Source: Candidatus Latescibacterota bacterium
GTDB taxonomy: Bacteria; Latescibacterota; UBA2968; GCA-2709665
DNA: 64,000 bases
Direction of reading: 5' to 3'
Assembly: GCA_965205485.1 (NCBI GenBank)
Contig: OZ242180.1
Location: 3,840,001 to 3,904,000, forward strand
Below are positions 27,916 through 37,399 of the stretch, piece after piece. Every line of letters starts with the position of its first letter. Within the stretch, counting starts at the first letter, position 1. The notes beneath the pieces were generated by a model. The model did no database searches and had not been told where the DNA came from. It saw only the letters and a program-made list of their open reading frames with translations. The translations under genes were made by a program, and so were the position numbers.

Positions 27916-29440
27916 CCATAGCGAGGAAGAGGCGCGAAACGCGCTGGATCTTGCGACACTTTCCCGCGGCGTGGGCGTCAATCTCCTGGCGCTTTTTTCG
28001 AGGCTGGGTCGTCCGGCGTTCTATCTCCTTGCGGCGCGTCTCTATTCCACGGCTTCCTATGGCCTCTACTATCTTGCCTGGACCTGGGTGAATCTGTTTT
28101 CCAGGTTCGCGTTCTTTGGTTTCGACAAGGCACTGCTCAGGCAGGTGGCCTACCATCAATCCAGGGGCGAGAAGCAACGCGCCCTGGGGTGTGTCAGGAC
28201 GGCCCTGTTCGCGGGAGGCGTGCTGAGCCTCGGCGTGAGCCTGGGCTGCTATCTCTTTTCGGACGCGCTGGGGGGGCTGATCGGTCGGGAGCGGGTGGAA
28301 ATCGCACTCCGATGGATGGCATTCGTCGTCTTCTTTCAGACCGTTGGCGGGTTGCTGCTGCAGGTACCGATCGCGCACAAGGTGATGGAATACCAGCTGT
28401 ACGTTAAAGGGCTCACCGAACCCGCGCTGTTGATCGGTTTTGCGGTCCTGTTCTACCTTCTGGGGATGGACCTGACCGGGATCTGCGCGGCGTATCTGGT
28501 TGCGACGGCCGTCGTGTTTTTTTGCTCCATTTTGCCGGTATTCAGGTTTTATCCGTGGCGATCGTGGACCGGAAAGGGGAACGGACTGGATCGCAAGCTG
28601 TTTCGCTTTTCAATGTCGATGTTTCTGATCGACCTGATCGCGGAACTGAACGGACGGTTGGACGTCGTGATTGTCGGGTCGTTTATCGAACCCGAAACCA
28701 TCGCCGTGTACGGCGTGATGATCCAGCTCGCCGCAATCGTCCGCTCCGTCTCCGGCGCCTTCGATCCCATTGCGAACCCTTTCTTCGCGGAATACCACGC
28801 CCGGGGCGAGATCTCGCGCCTGGACGAATTCTTCAAACTCGTGACACGATGGGTGGCGCTGGCGACCATTCCCATTCTGCTCGTGTTCGCCTTGAACGGA
28901 AGCCAGATTGCCGCGTTCGTCGGAACGGAGTACTCTTCCGGATACCCGTGGCTGCTGATTCTGTTGTTCGGAGCCGCCGCAACCGGTCTGCTGGGTCTAT
29001 CGGGCTATGTTCTGGTCATGACCGGGCATCCCGACGCGCTCATGGGCGTCAGAATCGTAACGCTGCTGATCAGCGGGGTTGGCACTTACGTCCTGGTACG
29101 ACGGTTCGGTCCGACGGGCGCCGCAATCGGCGCCACGTTCACCGCGTTTCTGTCCCCGGCGCTCTCCTCGTGGTGGGTATTTCGCCGGTTGAGAGTCCAC
29201 GCGTTTTCCGTGAAACTCTGCAAGCCTTTGCTTGCCGGCTGCGCGACCGCGGTGCTGATGACGTTGTATGGACCTCGCGCTCCTGTCGCGCCGCTGTGGG
29301 ATGTTCTGGGCCATGCCGCGCTGGTCTTTCTGTCATTCGGCGGATTTCTCTTTCTGCTTGGCATTGAAGAGGAAGAAAAACAGTTCGGTTTGCGGGTCTA
29401 TCGCAGGATCAGGCGAATCTTCCATGAGGAGGCGGGGTGA
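27908..29440 (+). CDS. Wzx-type polysaccharide flippase (MOP superfamily)
   Basis: About 14 TM helices, ARLYSTASYGLY, LDVVIVG, FGPTGAAIGA. Overlaps both flanking GT genes. Confidence 0.85.
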   Translation: MADHSEEEARNALDLATLSRGVGVNLLALFSRLGRPAFYLLAARLYSTASYGLYYLAWTWVNLFSRFAFFGFDKALLRQVAYHQSRGEKQRALGCVRTALFAGGVLSLGVSLGCYLFSDALGGLIGRERVEIALRWMAFVVFFQTVGGLLLQVPIAHKVMEYQLYVKGLTEPALLIGFAVLFYLLGMDLTGICAAYLVATAVVFFCSILPVFRFYPWRSWTGKGNGLDRKLFRFSMSMFLIDLIAELNGRLDVVIVGSFIEPETIAVYGVMIQLAAIVRSVSGAFDPIANPFFAEYHARGEISRLDEFFKLVTRWVALATIPILLVFALNGSQIAAFVGTEYSSGYPWLLILLFGAAATGLLGLSGYVLVMTGHPDALMGVRIVTLLISGVGTYVLVRRFGPTGAAIGATFTAFLSPALSSWWVFRRLRVHAFSVKLCKPLLAGCATAVLMTLYGPRAPVAPLWDVLGHAALVFLSFGGFLFLLGIEEEEKQFGLRVYRRIRRIFHEEAG

Positions 29441-30552
29441 GAATCTGCATTGACGCGCGCGAGATCCGGGACGTGGAAACCGGCGTCGGCCGGTACGCGT
29501 TCAGCCTGGTCCGGGAGATCGCCCGGCTGGACCGGCACAACGAATATCTGTTGCTCAGGCGGGCAACTTACCCGCGTCCGATTGTGGTTCAGCCGAATTT
29601 TACGGACATCGCGGTTCCTTTCGGGATCTCAACGGGTCGAAATCTCCTCGGGGGGGCCAGGGTTGTGAACCCGCTCCGGGCCGACATCTATCATTGTCTC
29701 TTTCATCTTCTTCCCCTCGGCGTCCGCGCCAGGCGGATCGTCCTTACCCTGCATGACCTGATCTGGATCAATTATCCTGATATTGCCTATGAAGCGCGCT
29801 GGCGAGGCTGGATGGCGCGTCGATTCGCGGGTCCATGGATTGGCAGTTCCGTAAGAAAGGCACATCATGTGATCACGGTGTCGGAAACGACCCGGCAGGA
29901 CGCGCTCGCGCGATATCCGGGGCCGCCTTCCAGATTCACGGTCATCCATCACGGAAGCGACGGAACCTGCGCGGACAACGGCGATTCCTGCGAGCTCCCT
30001 GAAGTCTGCCGGGGCCGACGGTTCATTTTTTCCCTCGGCAATACAAAACCGTACAAGAACATCCGACGTCTGATCGAGGCCTTCGGCCGGGTCTCGAAAC
30101 AATGTCCCGATCTGTCCCTGCTGATCAGCGGACGGGGCGACGGATACGCTACCCTGGCTGAACTCACCCGGAACCTGGGGATCGCTCGAAACGTCATATT
30201 TACCGAGCAACTGAGCGATGGCCAGGTTCGCGCCTGCTTCGAGGAGGCGGTATTCTTCGCGTTTCCGTCAATTACCGAGGGTTTCGGGCTGCCCGTTATC
30301 GAGGCAATGGCGAGCGGTTGCCCCGTATTGACGTCCAATGCGTCGTCGCTTTCGGAAATCTCGGGAGACGCGGCCGTTCTCGTCGACCCGATGGACGTCG
30401 GGTCAATCGCCGGCGGGATGACGCGACTGATTCGAGATGAGGCATTGAGGGAGCGGCTCGCGGCCAGTGGACGACGCCGGGCCGCGGGTTTCAGCTGGCA
30501 GGACTGCGCGCGAAAGACGATCGGGGTCTACAATGATATTTCGTCGGTGTAA
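29437..30552 (+). CDS. Glycosyltransferase family 4 (GT-B)
   Basis: TGVGRYA, TLHDLI, ITVSETT, FPSITEGFGLPVIEAMASGCPV, FSW. Confidence 0.93.
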   Translation: MRICIDAREIRDVETGVGRYAFSLVREIARLDRHNEYLLLRRATYPRPIVVQPNFTDIAVPFGISTGRNLLGGARVVNPLRADIYHCLFHLLPLGVRARRIVLTLHDLIWINYPDIAYEARWRGWMARRFAGPWIGSSVRKAHHVITVSETTRQDALARYPGPPSRFTVIHHGSDGTCADNGDSCELPEVCRGRRFIFSLGNTKPYKNIRRLIEAFGRVSKQCPDLSLLISGRGDGYATLAELTRNLGIARNVIFTEQLSDGQVRACFEEAVFFAFPSITEGFGLPVIEAMASGCPVLTSNASSLSEISGDAAVLVDPMDVGSIAGGMTRLIRDEALRERLAASGRRRAAGFSWQDCARKTIGVYNDISSV

Positions 30553-30576
30553 TCCATCGGTTGAGTACGTATCGAA

Positions 30577-31395
30577 ATGCTGAACGTCCGGCGGACATGT
30601 TGGATTGCCTGCTTCACACTCACCTGGTGCGCCGGCGACGCCTGCGCAATTGAAAGGGCGGGAGGCGGCGGGTTGCGGGTCGATATGGGCTCATGGCTGC
30701 AAAGAGACTGGGCCGAATGCGATTCAAGGACGAAGTTTCAGTACTCGAACAACGCGGTGCGATTCGTCAGCGAGGGATCGGCCGCGCTTCTCTGGCAGAT
30801 ACCGACGCGGTCAGGCAGACCGATGGCGCTGGATCCGGACCGGTATCCGTGGATCGGTGAGTGCAAGCGCCCGCCGAGAGAATTCGGAAGCGTCATCAGA
30901 GAGCAGGGGTACGACACGCTGATCGACGTGGCGGAAAACCCCTATCTGACCTGGCGGTGGAAGGTGGATTATTCGACGATCGGCCGCCAGCGGCTGGAGA
31001 AGGGTGGCAAGCTCAACAAGCGGGACGACGACTTCAATGCGAAATTGGGCATTGCGATCCTGGAGAAGGGCACCAACAAGATCCGTGAGATCGCGTACGT
31101 CTGGTCCAACACGCTGCCGGAGTCGCTGATGTTCAAGACCGAAACCACCATTATTCCGTTTGTCTGGAAGCTGTCGTGGCGGCGGATCGTCGTGGAAAGC
31201 GGGCGGGCGCGGATGAAGCAGTGGGTGCCGGAAGTGCGGAATCTCTACGAAGACTACAAACGGGGGTACCCGGGGGAGGAGCCGGGCAAGATTCTACGGG
31301 TCTATCTGATGACGGACACCGACAATACGAACAGCCGGGCTTCCACCTGGTATGCCGATATCCGGTTCCACAGGGAAGCTCCGGGCGTTCCGTAG
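30577..31395 (+). CDS. Exported DUF3047-like protein
   Basis: Signal peptide, PYLTWRWKV, KRDDD, YVWS, WVPEVRNLYEDYKR, LMTDTDNT. Confidence 0.75.
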   Translation: MLNVRRTCWIACFTLTWCAGDACAIERAGGGGLRVDMGSWLQRDWAECDSRTKFQYSNNAVRFVSEGSAALLWQIPTRSGRPMALDPDRYPWIGECKRPPREFGSVIREQGYDTLIDVAENPYLTWRWKVDYSTIGRQRLEKGGKLNKRDDDFNAKLGIAILEKGTNKIREIAYVWSNTLPESLMFKTETTIIPFVWKLSWRRIVVESGRARMKQWVPEVRNLYEDYKRGYPGEEPGKILRVYLMTDTDNTNSRASTWYADIRFHREAPGVP

Positions 31396-31468
31396 CGCGT
31401 TTAGATTGCCGGAAACGGATTTGGATCCATTAAAGCGGAGCGTTTGAAATCGACGCTCCGCTGTTCTT

Positions 31469-32860
31469 TTATTCCCGTACGAAACGCGGATTGCCGAATC
31501 CGTCGTTGATGACATGGCTTCGGGCGGGTATTTCCGCCTTGTCGGGTATGATCAGATCGAGCTCCGTGCTGTTTTCGATCACGGTCCCGTCGCCCACGCG
31601 GACCCCCTTGCCCAGACGGATGATACCCGGCCTTCTGTCTCCGCTCAAGACGGTACCGACCACAACAGACGAGGCGATTCGGCACTCCGTGTCGGTCTGC
31701 ACATAGCCGTATACCTGGGTATTCGGCCCGACGGTCGAATGGTTGCCGATTCTGACCGGCCCCAGGAGGGTGGCGTCTGTCCCGATCTGAACGTGATCCC
31801 CGATTTCAGGATGCCGATGCCTGACTCTGCCGCTGAGGCCACCCATCGTGCAGGGATAGATGTAACAGCCCGAGCCGATGACGCCGGTCTGGCCGGTTGT
31901 CAGGCCCCGGTGTGGATGATCCAGGAAGTTGGCGTCCCCGATCACGGTTTCGGGGTGCAGGTCGGCCTGATAGTACCGGCCGCCGAGTTCCGAAATTGCG
32001 CGCGGCAACAGGGGGACCGGTATCCGTTCGACGTCCGCAAGACCTTCCGCGGCGCCGGAAATGGTAAGTGCATGGGCGACGTCATGATAGAATAGCACGC
32101 GCCAGCCGGGGTAGGTGCTGATCACCAGCTGCATGAGATAGTCGAATGCAAAATCCAGATTCTGGGTCTTCAGAAAATCCCGATAGGGTTTGAAGTCACG
32201 GGCATCAATCGCGCCGTCCAGCACAGGACCGTGGTCCAGGTCCGCCAGCTTCCCCATACGGCTCCGGTGTCTGCCCATGATATAGGCGTCCCATACCGCC
32301 GGATCCTTCAACGATGCGAACCGGTTCCACAACGCGCGATTCTTGAGGTGGGGCAGGTCCGCCAGGAGCGAGAACGTGGCATCCAGGGCCGGGGTTTCGA
32401 TATCTCTGCCGTTGCCTTCCGCGGCCAGGAACGACTGCGCGATCATCGCATAGATCTGGTCCGCGATCTCTCCGATTGCTTCCTCGAGGCTGTCCGACGG
32501 CCCCGCCGCCTGGACGTTATGGGAGCCGGGCGCGACGCATTCGAGCAGATTGCCCAGAACGGTTTCGAGGATGTCGCGGTTGACAAAACCCCGCCCCGAG
32601 GGGCGCGAGAGCAGCACCCTGCTGATGGAATCGATACGGATGACCTCCCGCTCTTCCGACGAATATATCGGGTACAGCCGCTCCAGCACCTGATTCAGCA
32701 GCGGGTTCCTGCGTTTTTCGTATGACGCATCAAAAAGCGTTCTGTCACCCATGGATCTGACCGAACTCCTTTGATTGACCTTCGTTTCTGCCGGATGACC
32801 AGTTTCCCGGGCGCCGGAAACGCGAGTCTGCAGACCCTGCGGACCCACGTCGATCGACAT
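31469..32860 (-). CDS. Serine-acetyltransferase-like (CysE/WcaB) hexapeptide acyltransferase with long N-terminal extension
   Basis: ADLHPETVIG, FLDHPHRG, RHPEIGDHVQIG, LLGPVRIGNHSTVGPN left-handed beta-helix repeats. ATG abuts the gmd stop. Confidence 0.7.
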   Translation of the reverse strand: MSIDVGPQGLQTRVSGARETGHPAETKVNQRSSVRSMGDRTLFDASYEKRRNPLLNQVLERLYPIYSSEEREVIRIDSISRVLLSRPSGRGFVNRDILETVLGNLLECVAPGSHNVQAAGPSDSLEEAIGEIADQIYAMIAQSFLAAEGNGRDIETPALDATFSLLADLPHLKNRALWNRFASLKDPAVWDAYIMGRHRSRMGKLADLDHGPVLDGAIDARDFKPYRDFLKTQNLDFAFDYLMQLVISTYPGWRVLFYHDVAHALTISGAAEGLADVERIPVPLLPRAISELGGRYYQADLHPETVIGDANFLDHPHRGLTTGQTGVIGSGCYIYPCTMGGLSGRVRHRHPEIGDHVQIGTDATLLGPVRIGNHSTVGPNTQVYGYVQTDTECRIASSVVVGTVLSGDRRPGIIRLGKGVRVGDGTVIENSTELDLIIPDKAEIPARSHVINDGFGNPRFVRE

Positions 32861-33934
32861 TCAAAGCGCCGCGGACGCCTCGCGCTCTGCCAGACGTCGG
32901 TCGGCGTCGACCATTTCCCGGACGAGTTCTTCGAAACGGATCTGCGGGCGCCAGCCGAGTTTTCTGTACGCCTTGGATGCATCGCCCAGGAGTGATTGCG
33001 CCTCGGTCGGCCGGAAGTATCTCGGGTCGATGCGCACAACCGCGCTTCCCGTTGCCGTATTGATCGCGACTTCGTCGGCGCCCGTCCCGCGCCACTCCAG
33101 CTCCAGCCCCAGGTATTCAGCCGCGAGGTTGACAAATGCGCGAACAGAATGCTGTTGCCCCGATGCGATAACGTAATCGTCAGGCGCGGTCTGCTGCAGC
33201 ATCAGCCACTGGGCGCGAACGTAGTCCCGGGCGTGGCCCCAGTCTCTCATCGCGTCCAGATTACCGAGGTACACGCATTCGTCCAGTCCGAGCGCCACGC
33301 GCGCGAGTCGTCTGGTGATCTTCCGGGTCACGAACGTCTCCCCGCGGACGGGGGATTCGTGATTGAACAGGATGCCGTTGCAGGCGAAAATCTCATATGC
33401 CTCGCGGTAATTCACCGTGATCCAGTACGCGTATACCTTGGCTGCGGCGTAGGGTGAGCGGGGATAGAACCGCGTGGATTCCCTCTGGGGCGTCTCGGCT
33501 GCCTTGCCGAACATTTCCGAACTGGACGCCTGGTAGAAACGGGTTCGATCCGCCAGGCCGCAGATGCGGATGGCTTCGAGCAGATGGAGCGCCCCCAATG
33601 CGGCCACCTTCGCCGTGTACTCCGGGGTCTCGAAGGAAACCGCCACGTGGCTCTGCGCGCCCAGATTGTAGATCTCGTCGGGTCGCACCTCCTGTACGAC
33701 TCGGATCAGATTCGCCGTATCCGTGAGATCGCCGTAGTGCAGGACCATCCGCCGGCCGGGTTCCTGCGGGCCGGCGAACAGGTGATCGATCCGTTCGGTG
33801 TTGAACAGGGACGCCCTCCGGATGATGCCATGGACCAGGTAGCCTTTTTCAATCAGGAATTCAGCAAGATAGGAGCCGTCCTGGCCGGTGATTCCGGTAA
33901 TCAGAGCGGTTTTTTCGGGGTTGTCAGGCCGCAT
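32861..33934 (-). CDS. gmd: GDP-mannose 4,6-dehydratase
   Basis: [64 protein letters not shown]. Confidence 0.97.
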   Translation of the reverse strand: MRPDNPEKTALITGITGQDGSYLAEFLIEKGYLVHGIIRRASLFNTERIDHLFAGPQEPGRRMVLHYGDLTDTANLIRVVQEVRPDEIYNLGAQSHVAVSFETPEYTAKVAALGALHLLEAIRICGLADRTRFYQASSSEMFGKAAETPQRESTRFYPRSPYAAAKVYAYWITVNYREAYEIFACNGILFNHESPVRGETFVTRKITRRLARVALGLDECVYLGNLDAMRDWGHARDYVRAQWLMLQQTAPDDYVIASGQQHSVRAFVNLAAEYLGLELEWRGTGADEVAINTATGSAVVRIDPRYFRPTEAQSLLGDASKAYRKLGWRPQIRFEELVREMVDADRRLAEREASAAL

Positions 33935-34154
33935 GCGAACCTCGCTGCGACAGGGTCTCGAGACGCGCCAGGCACGTTGGATTCTGGTTGTTCTTTTCGT
34001 CCATGCCGGGATGTCCGGAATTGGCGCAAAATGCGCCGGCGAACGCAGTTGCATCGACCGGGCCTTACAACGACGGCAGATTCAACAATAGGGTTTTCGT
34101 TCATTCTTGTCAAGAGGTACCAGGCCGGACGACGGCTTCTGGGCGGGAAATCGC

Positions 34155-34183
34155 TTGACGATTCATCCGATTTCGCCTATTTT
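34155..34183 (+). promoter_or_regulatory. Putative sigma70 promoter of nupC
   Basis: TTGACG-17 nt-TATTTT. Confidence 0.4.
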
Positions 34184-34271
34184 TGGCGCCGGTCTCGAAC
34201 GTGGCGCAATGCCTCGTGGCCGTTGACGTTACCCACTCCGGCGCCCGCGTTCCACAAAGAGGAGTCCGGAC

Positions 34272-35528
34272 TTGACGGTGCTTCAAAGCGCCATCGGATA
34301 TGTCGTCCTTCTGGCCGTTGCCTGGTGCCTGGGCCGGCGCACGAAACGAATTCCATGGAAGACCGTCGCGGTTGCCAGCGGCCTGCAGCTGCTGCTGACC
34401 GGCATCCTTGTCAGGACCGGGCTGCGGCATTATGTCTTCGGCGTGGTTGGCGCTCTCACCGACATGCTTCGCACGACCGCCCTGAAGGCCAACGAGTCGC
34501 TGCTCTTCTCCGGATTGTCCAATCCCGAATTCACAAGCAGATACGGGCCCGTCGTCGCCCTGGAAATCGCGGCGATACTGATCTTTGTGGCGGCGGTTTC
34601 CAGGATGCTCTATCACTACAGGATCCTGCCCTGGGTGATCGGCCGGCTGAGTGCGTTTATGCAGAAGTCCCTCGGGCTCAGTTCGGCGGAAAGCGTCGGG
34701 TCCGCCGGCAACGTCATTCTTGGTATGACGGAGTCCCCGTTGTTGATCAGGCCGTACGTGAGCCGAATGACCCAGAGCGAGCTGTTCTGTCTGATGACCG
34801 TGGGTATGGCCACGATCGCCGGCACGGTCATGGTGATCTATGCGACGATGCTGGGCGACGTCAATCCGGATATCGCCGGCCACCTCTTTACGGCTTCATT
34901 GATCAGCGCGCCCGCGGCGATTGCCGTATCCAAGCTGATGATCCCGGAGACCGGCGATCCCGTCACCTCACGGAGCCAGGTGGAACTTCCCCGGGAAGAT
35001 ACGCTGAACGGCCTTGACGCCGCGGCTCGCGGCGCGGCCGAGGGCATGCATCTGGTCATCAACATCCTCGCGATGCTCGTCGCCTTCATCGGCCTTGTCG
35101 CCCTGGCCAACCTGGTCATCGCAGAGATCGACGTCCTGATCAACGCGAGTCCCGGCGGCTGGAGCCTACAGGCGGGCGCCGGCGAGATATTTCGTCCGTT
35201 CGTCTGGCTGATGGGGATTTCCTGGGCCGATGCCCGCGTCGTCGGAGAGCTGATGGGTCTGAAGACGATCCTGAATGAGTTCGTGGCCTATCTGGACCTG
35301 GCCCGGCTGATGAACGGACCCGAACCGCTCGGCCAACGGTCATTTGTCATCACGGCGTACGCCCTGTGCGGGTTTGCCAACTTCGGATCCGTGGCCATCA
35401 TGATCGGCGGCATCGGGGGGATCGCCCCGGACAGGCGCGGCGACCTGGCGCGGCTGGGGCTTCGATCCCTTGCCGGCGGAACCCTGGCGACCATGCTCAC
35501 CGGCTGTATGATCGGCCTGTTTCTGTAA
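34272..35528 (+). CDS. nupC: Concentrative nucleoside transporter (CNT, NupC family)
   Basis: GNVILGMTESPLLIRPY, GMATIAG, ILNEFVAY, YALCGFANFGS. TTG start with GAGGAG SD. Confidence 0.92.
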   Translation: MTVLQSAIGYVVLLAVAWCLGRRTKRIPWKTVAVASGLQLLLTGILVRTGLRHYVFGVVGALTDMLRTTALKANESLLFSGLSNPEFTSRYGPVVALEIAAILIFVAAVSRMLYHYRILPWVIGRLSAFMQKSLGLSSAESVGSAGNVILGMTESPLLIRPYVSRMTQSELFCLMTVGMATIAGTVMVIYATMLGDVNPDIAGHLFTASLISAPAAIAVSKLMIPETGDPVTSRSQVELPREDTLNGLDAAARGAAEGMHLVINILAMLVAFIGLVALANLVIAEIDVLINASPGGWSLQAGAGEIFRPFVWLMGISWADARVVGELMGLKTILNEFVAYLDLARLMNGPEPLGQRSFVITAYALCGFANFGSVAIMIGGIGGIAPDRRGDLARLGLRSLAGGTLATMLTGCMIGLFL

Positions 35529-35675
35529 AGCAGCCCAACCGGCTTCGAGCCGGAACGTAAATTCCGTCAACGCCGGGCTCTCGATCCCGGCGCTTCCGCA
35601 TTTGAGTCTTGTACGCGGAAGCCATCAATTCACGGTGTGGCGCGTAGCCTGCCGCACGTCTCAAAGGAGGCAGCC

Positions 35676-36098
35676 TTGCAACTGAATACCTATTTGACCT
35701 TCGAAAACCAGTGTCGGGAGGCATTTGAGTTCTACCGCTCCGTCTTCGGCGGTGACTTCCTCTTCGTCCAGACCTTTGGAGACGGACCTCCCGATCTGCA
35801 GGTGCCGGAAGACGAACGCGACCGAATCATGCACGTGTCGCTGCCGATCGGCGACAGCGTGCTCATGGGAAGCGATCATGCCTCGACATTCGGACCCTCC
35901 CCACAGGCGGGCAGCAATTTTTCCATAACGGTCAGCCCCGACAACAAGGCGGACGCCGACCGGCTGCTTTCCGGGCTTTCGGAGGGCGGCAATCTGGTGA
36001 TGCCGATGCAGGATATGTTCTGGGGGGCCTATTTCGGGATGTGCGTCGACAAGTTCGGCATCAGGTGGCAAATCAACTTTGAGAATCCCGGAGACTGA
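35676..36098 (+). CDS. PhnB-like VOC family protein
   Basis: YLTFENQCREAFEFYRSVFGG, IMHVSL, MFWGAYFGMCVDKFGIRW. TTG start after AGGAGG. Confidence 0.88.
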   Translation: MQLNTYLTFENQCREAFEFYRSVFGGDFLFVQTFGDGPPDLQVPEDERDRIMHVSLPIGDSVLMGSDHASTFGPSPQAGSNFSITVSPDNKADADRLLSGLSEGGNLVMPMQDMFWGAYFGMCVDKFGIRWQINFENPGD

Positions 36099-36172
36099 GT
36101 CCCGGAACGCTCCGGAATTGCGGCGGCGATCGCCGGGGAAATGGCGAGGATTCTCTGTCACGCGGGGAAACG

Positions 36173-36865
36173 ATGACCCTGAACGAGACACTCTCAACGC
36201 TTGAAGCGCTGGGAACTGCGCAGAACCGCAAGGTCTATGCGCGCCATGGCGTCAATCCGCCGATGTACGGCGTCAGCTATGCCAACCTCAGCAGAATGGT
36301 TCGAAAGATAAAGCGGGACCACCGACTGGCAGATGCGTTGTGGGCTACGGGCAACCACGACGCGCGCGTACTGGCCACGCGGGTCGCCGACCCGATTGGG
36401 ATGAACGCGGGTCAGCTGGATGCCTGGGCGCGCGATATCGACAACTCGATTCTCGCCGGAGAACTTGGCGCCCTGGCAAGCCGCTCGAAGACCGGTTTGG
36501 CGCGCTTCAGAAAGTGGACGTCCAGACGGGGAGAGTGGGTCGCCACCTCAGGATGGAATACCTTCACCGAGATGGTTCTGAACGATCACGAGGATGTCGA
36601 CGAGGCGCTTCTCGACACCTGCCTGGATCGAATCGAAACGGAACTCCACGGCCAGCCGAACCGCGTCCGCTACGCGATGAACAACGCGCTGATCGCTATA
36701 GGGACGTATAGTGAGACCTATCGCGATCGGGCGATCGCGGCTGCGAATCGGATCGGCCCGGTCGAGGTGGACCACGGCGAAACGAACTGCAAGACGCCCG
36801 ACGCGGCCTCGTACATCGCCAAATCGTTCGCCAGGAAAGAGAAACAGAGGAAGAAGGGCCGATAG
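36173..36865 (+). CDS. AlkD-like HEAT-repeat DNA alkylation repair protein
   Basis: YGVSYANL, LADALWATGNHDARVLA, VRYAMNNALIAIG, IGPVEVDHGETNCKTP. Confidence 0.8.
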   Translation: MTLNETLSTLEALGTAQNRKVYARHGVNPPMYGVSYANLSRMVRKIKRDHRLADALWATGNHDARVLATRVADPIGMNAGQLDAWARDIDNSILAGELGALASRSKTGLARFRKWTSRRGEWVATSGWNTFTEMVLNDHEDVDEALLDTCLDRIETELHGQPNRVRYAMNNALIAIGTYSETYRDRAIAAANRIGPVEVDHGETNCKTPDAASYIAKSFARKEKQRKKGR

Positions 36866-36908
36866 CCGTTCCCGCACGCTCCTTGTTTTCATACAGACGT
36901 ACAAACAG

Positions 36909-36938
36909 AAAGGCCGGGGTTCGAACCCGGCCTTTTTT
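36909..36938. terminator. Probable bidirectional intrinsic terminator
   Basis: AAAGGCCGGG-GTTCGAA-CCCGGCCTTTTTT between convergent genes. Confidence 0.85.
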
Positions 36939-37336
36939 CAAGTCGATGCTTCTTCGATCGGCTGGTGGAAATAGTAACAGAGTCCGTCCGGGGCGACGAC
37001 GAAGAAGACCTGCAACTTCCGGCCGTCGTTCTCGTCGATGCGCCAGTTGCCGGTCCGGATTCCGTTCGCCTCCAACTCCCGCCTCGCTCTGTGGATATCG
37101 GACACCAGAATAGCCGCCCCTTCCTGTCCGGGGTCGCCGCCGTTGACGGCGAATCCGATCCGGACGCCGTCCCGCTCGAGAACGACCGTGGGAACAGGAT
37201 TGCTGTGACGCTCTACCTCGTTGAGTCCAAAAGCGTTACAGTACCAGGTTGAAGCCGTGTCGATATCTTCCACTGGTAGCGCAAGTACGTCGTCGGCATA
37301 GGGAAAAGCGGCCTCGAACAGCCTCGTCGAACCCAT
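36938..37336 (-). CDS. VOC/glyoxalase family protein
   Basis: LPVEDIDTASTWYCNAFGL and FFVVAPDGLCYYF. SD AGGGAG. Confidence 0.8.
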   Translation of the reverse strand: MGSTRLFEAAFPYADDVLALPVEDIDTASTWYCNAFGLNEVERHSNPVPTVVLERDGVRIGFAVNGGDPGQEGAAILVSDIHRARRELEANGIRTGNWRIDENDGRKLQVFFVVAPDGLCYYFHQPIEEAST

Positions 37337-37399
37337 ATATATCTCCCTTTCTCCCTTCTTAGGCGGGAAGTCTCGAAATGACGGCGACCCGATGTCGCC

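Noticed and set aside
36909..36938. GGTTCGAACCC as a tRNA T-arm or att site
   Set aside because: No cloverleaf or CCA context; fully explained as a terminator hairpin.
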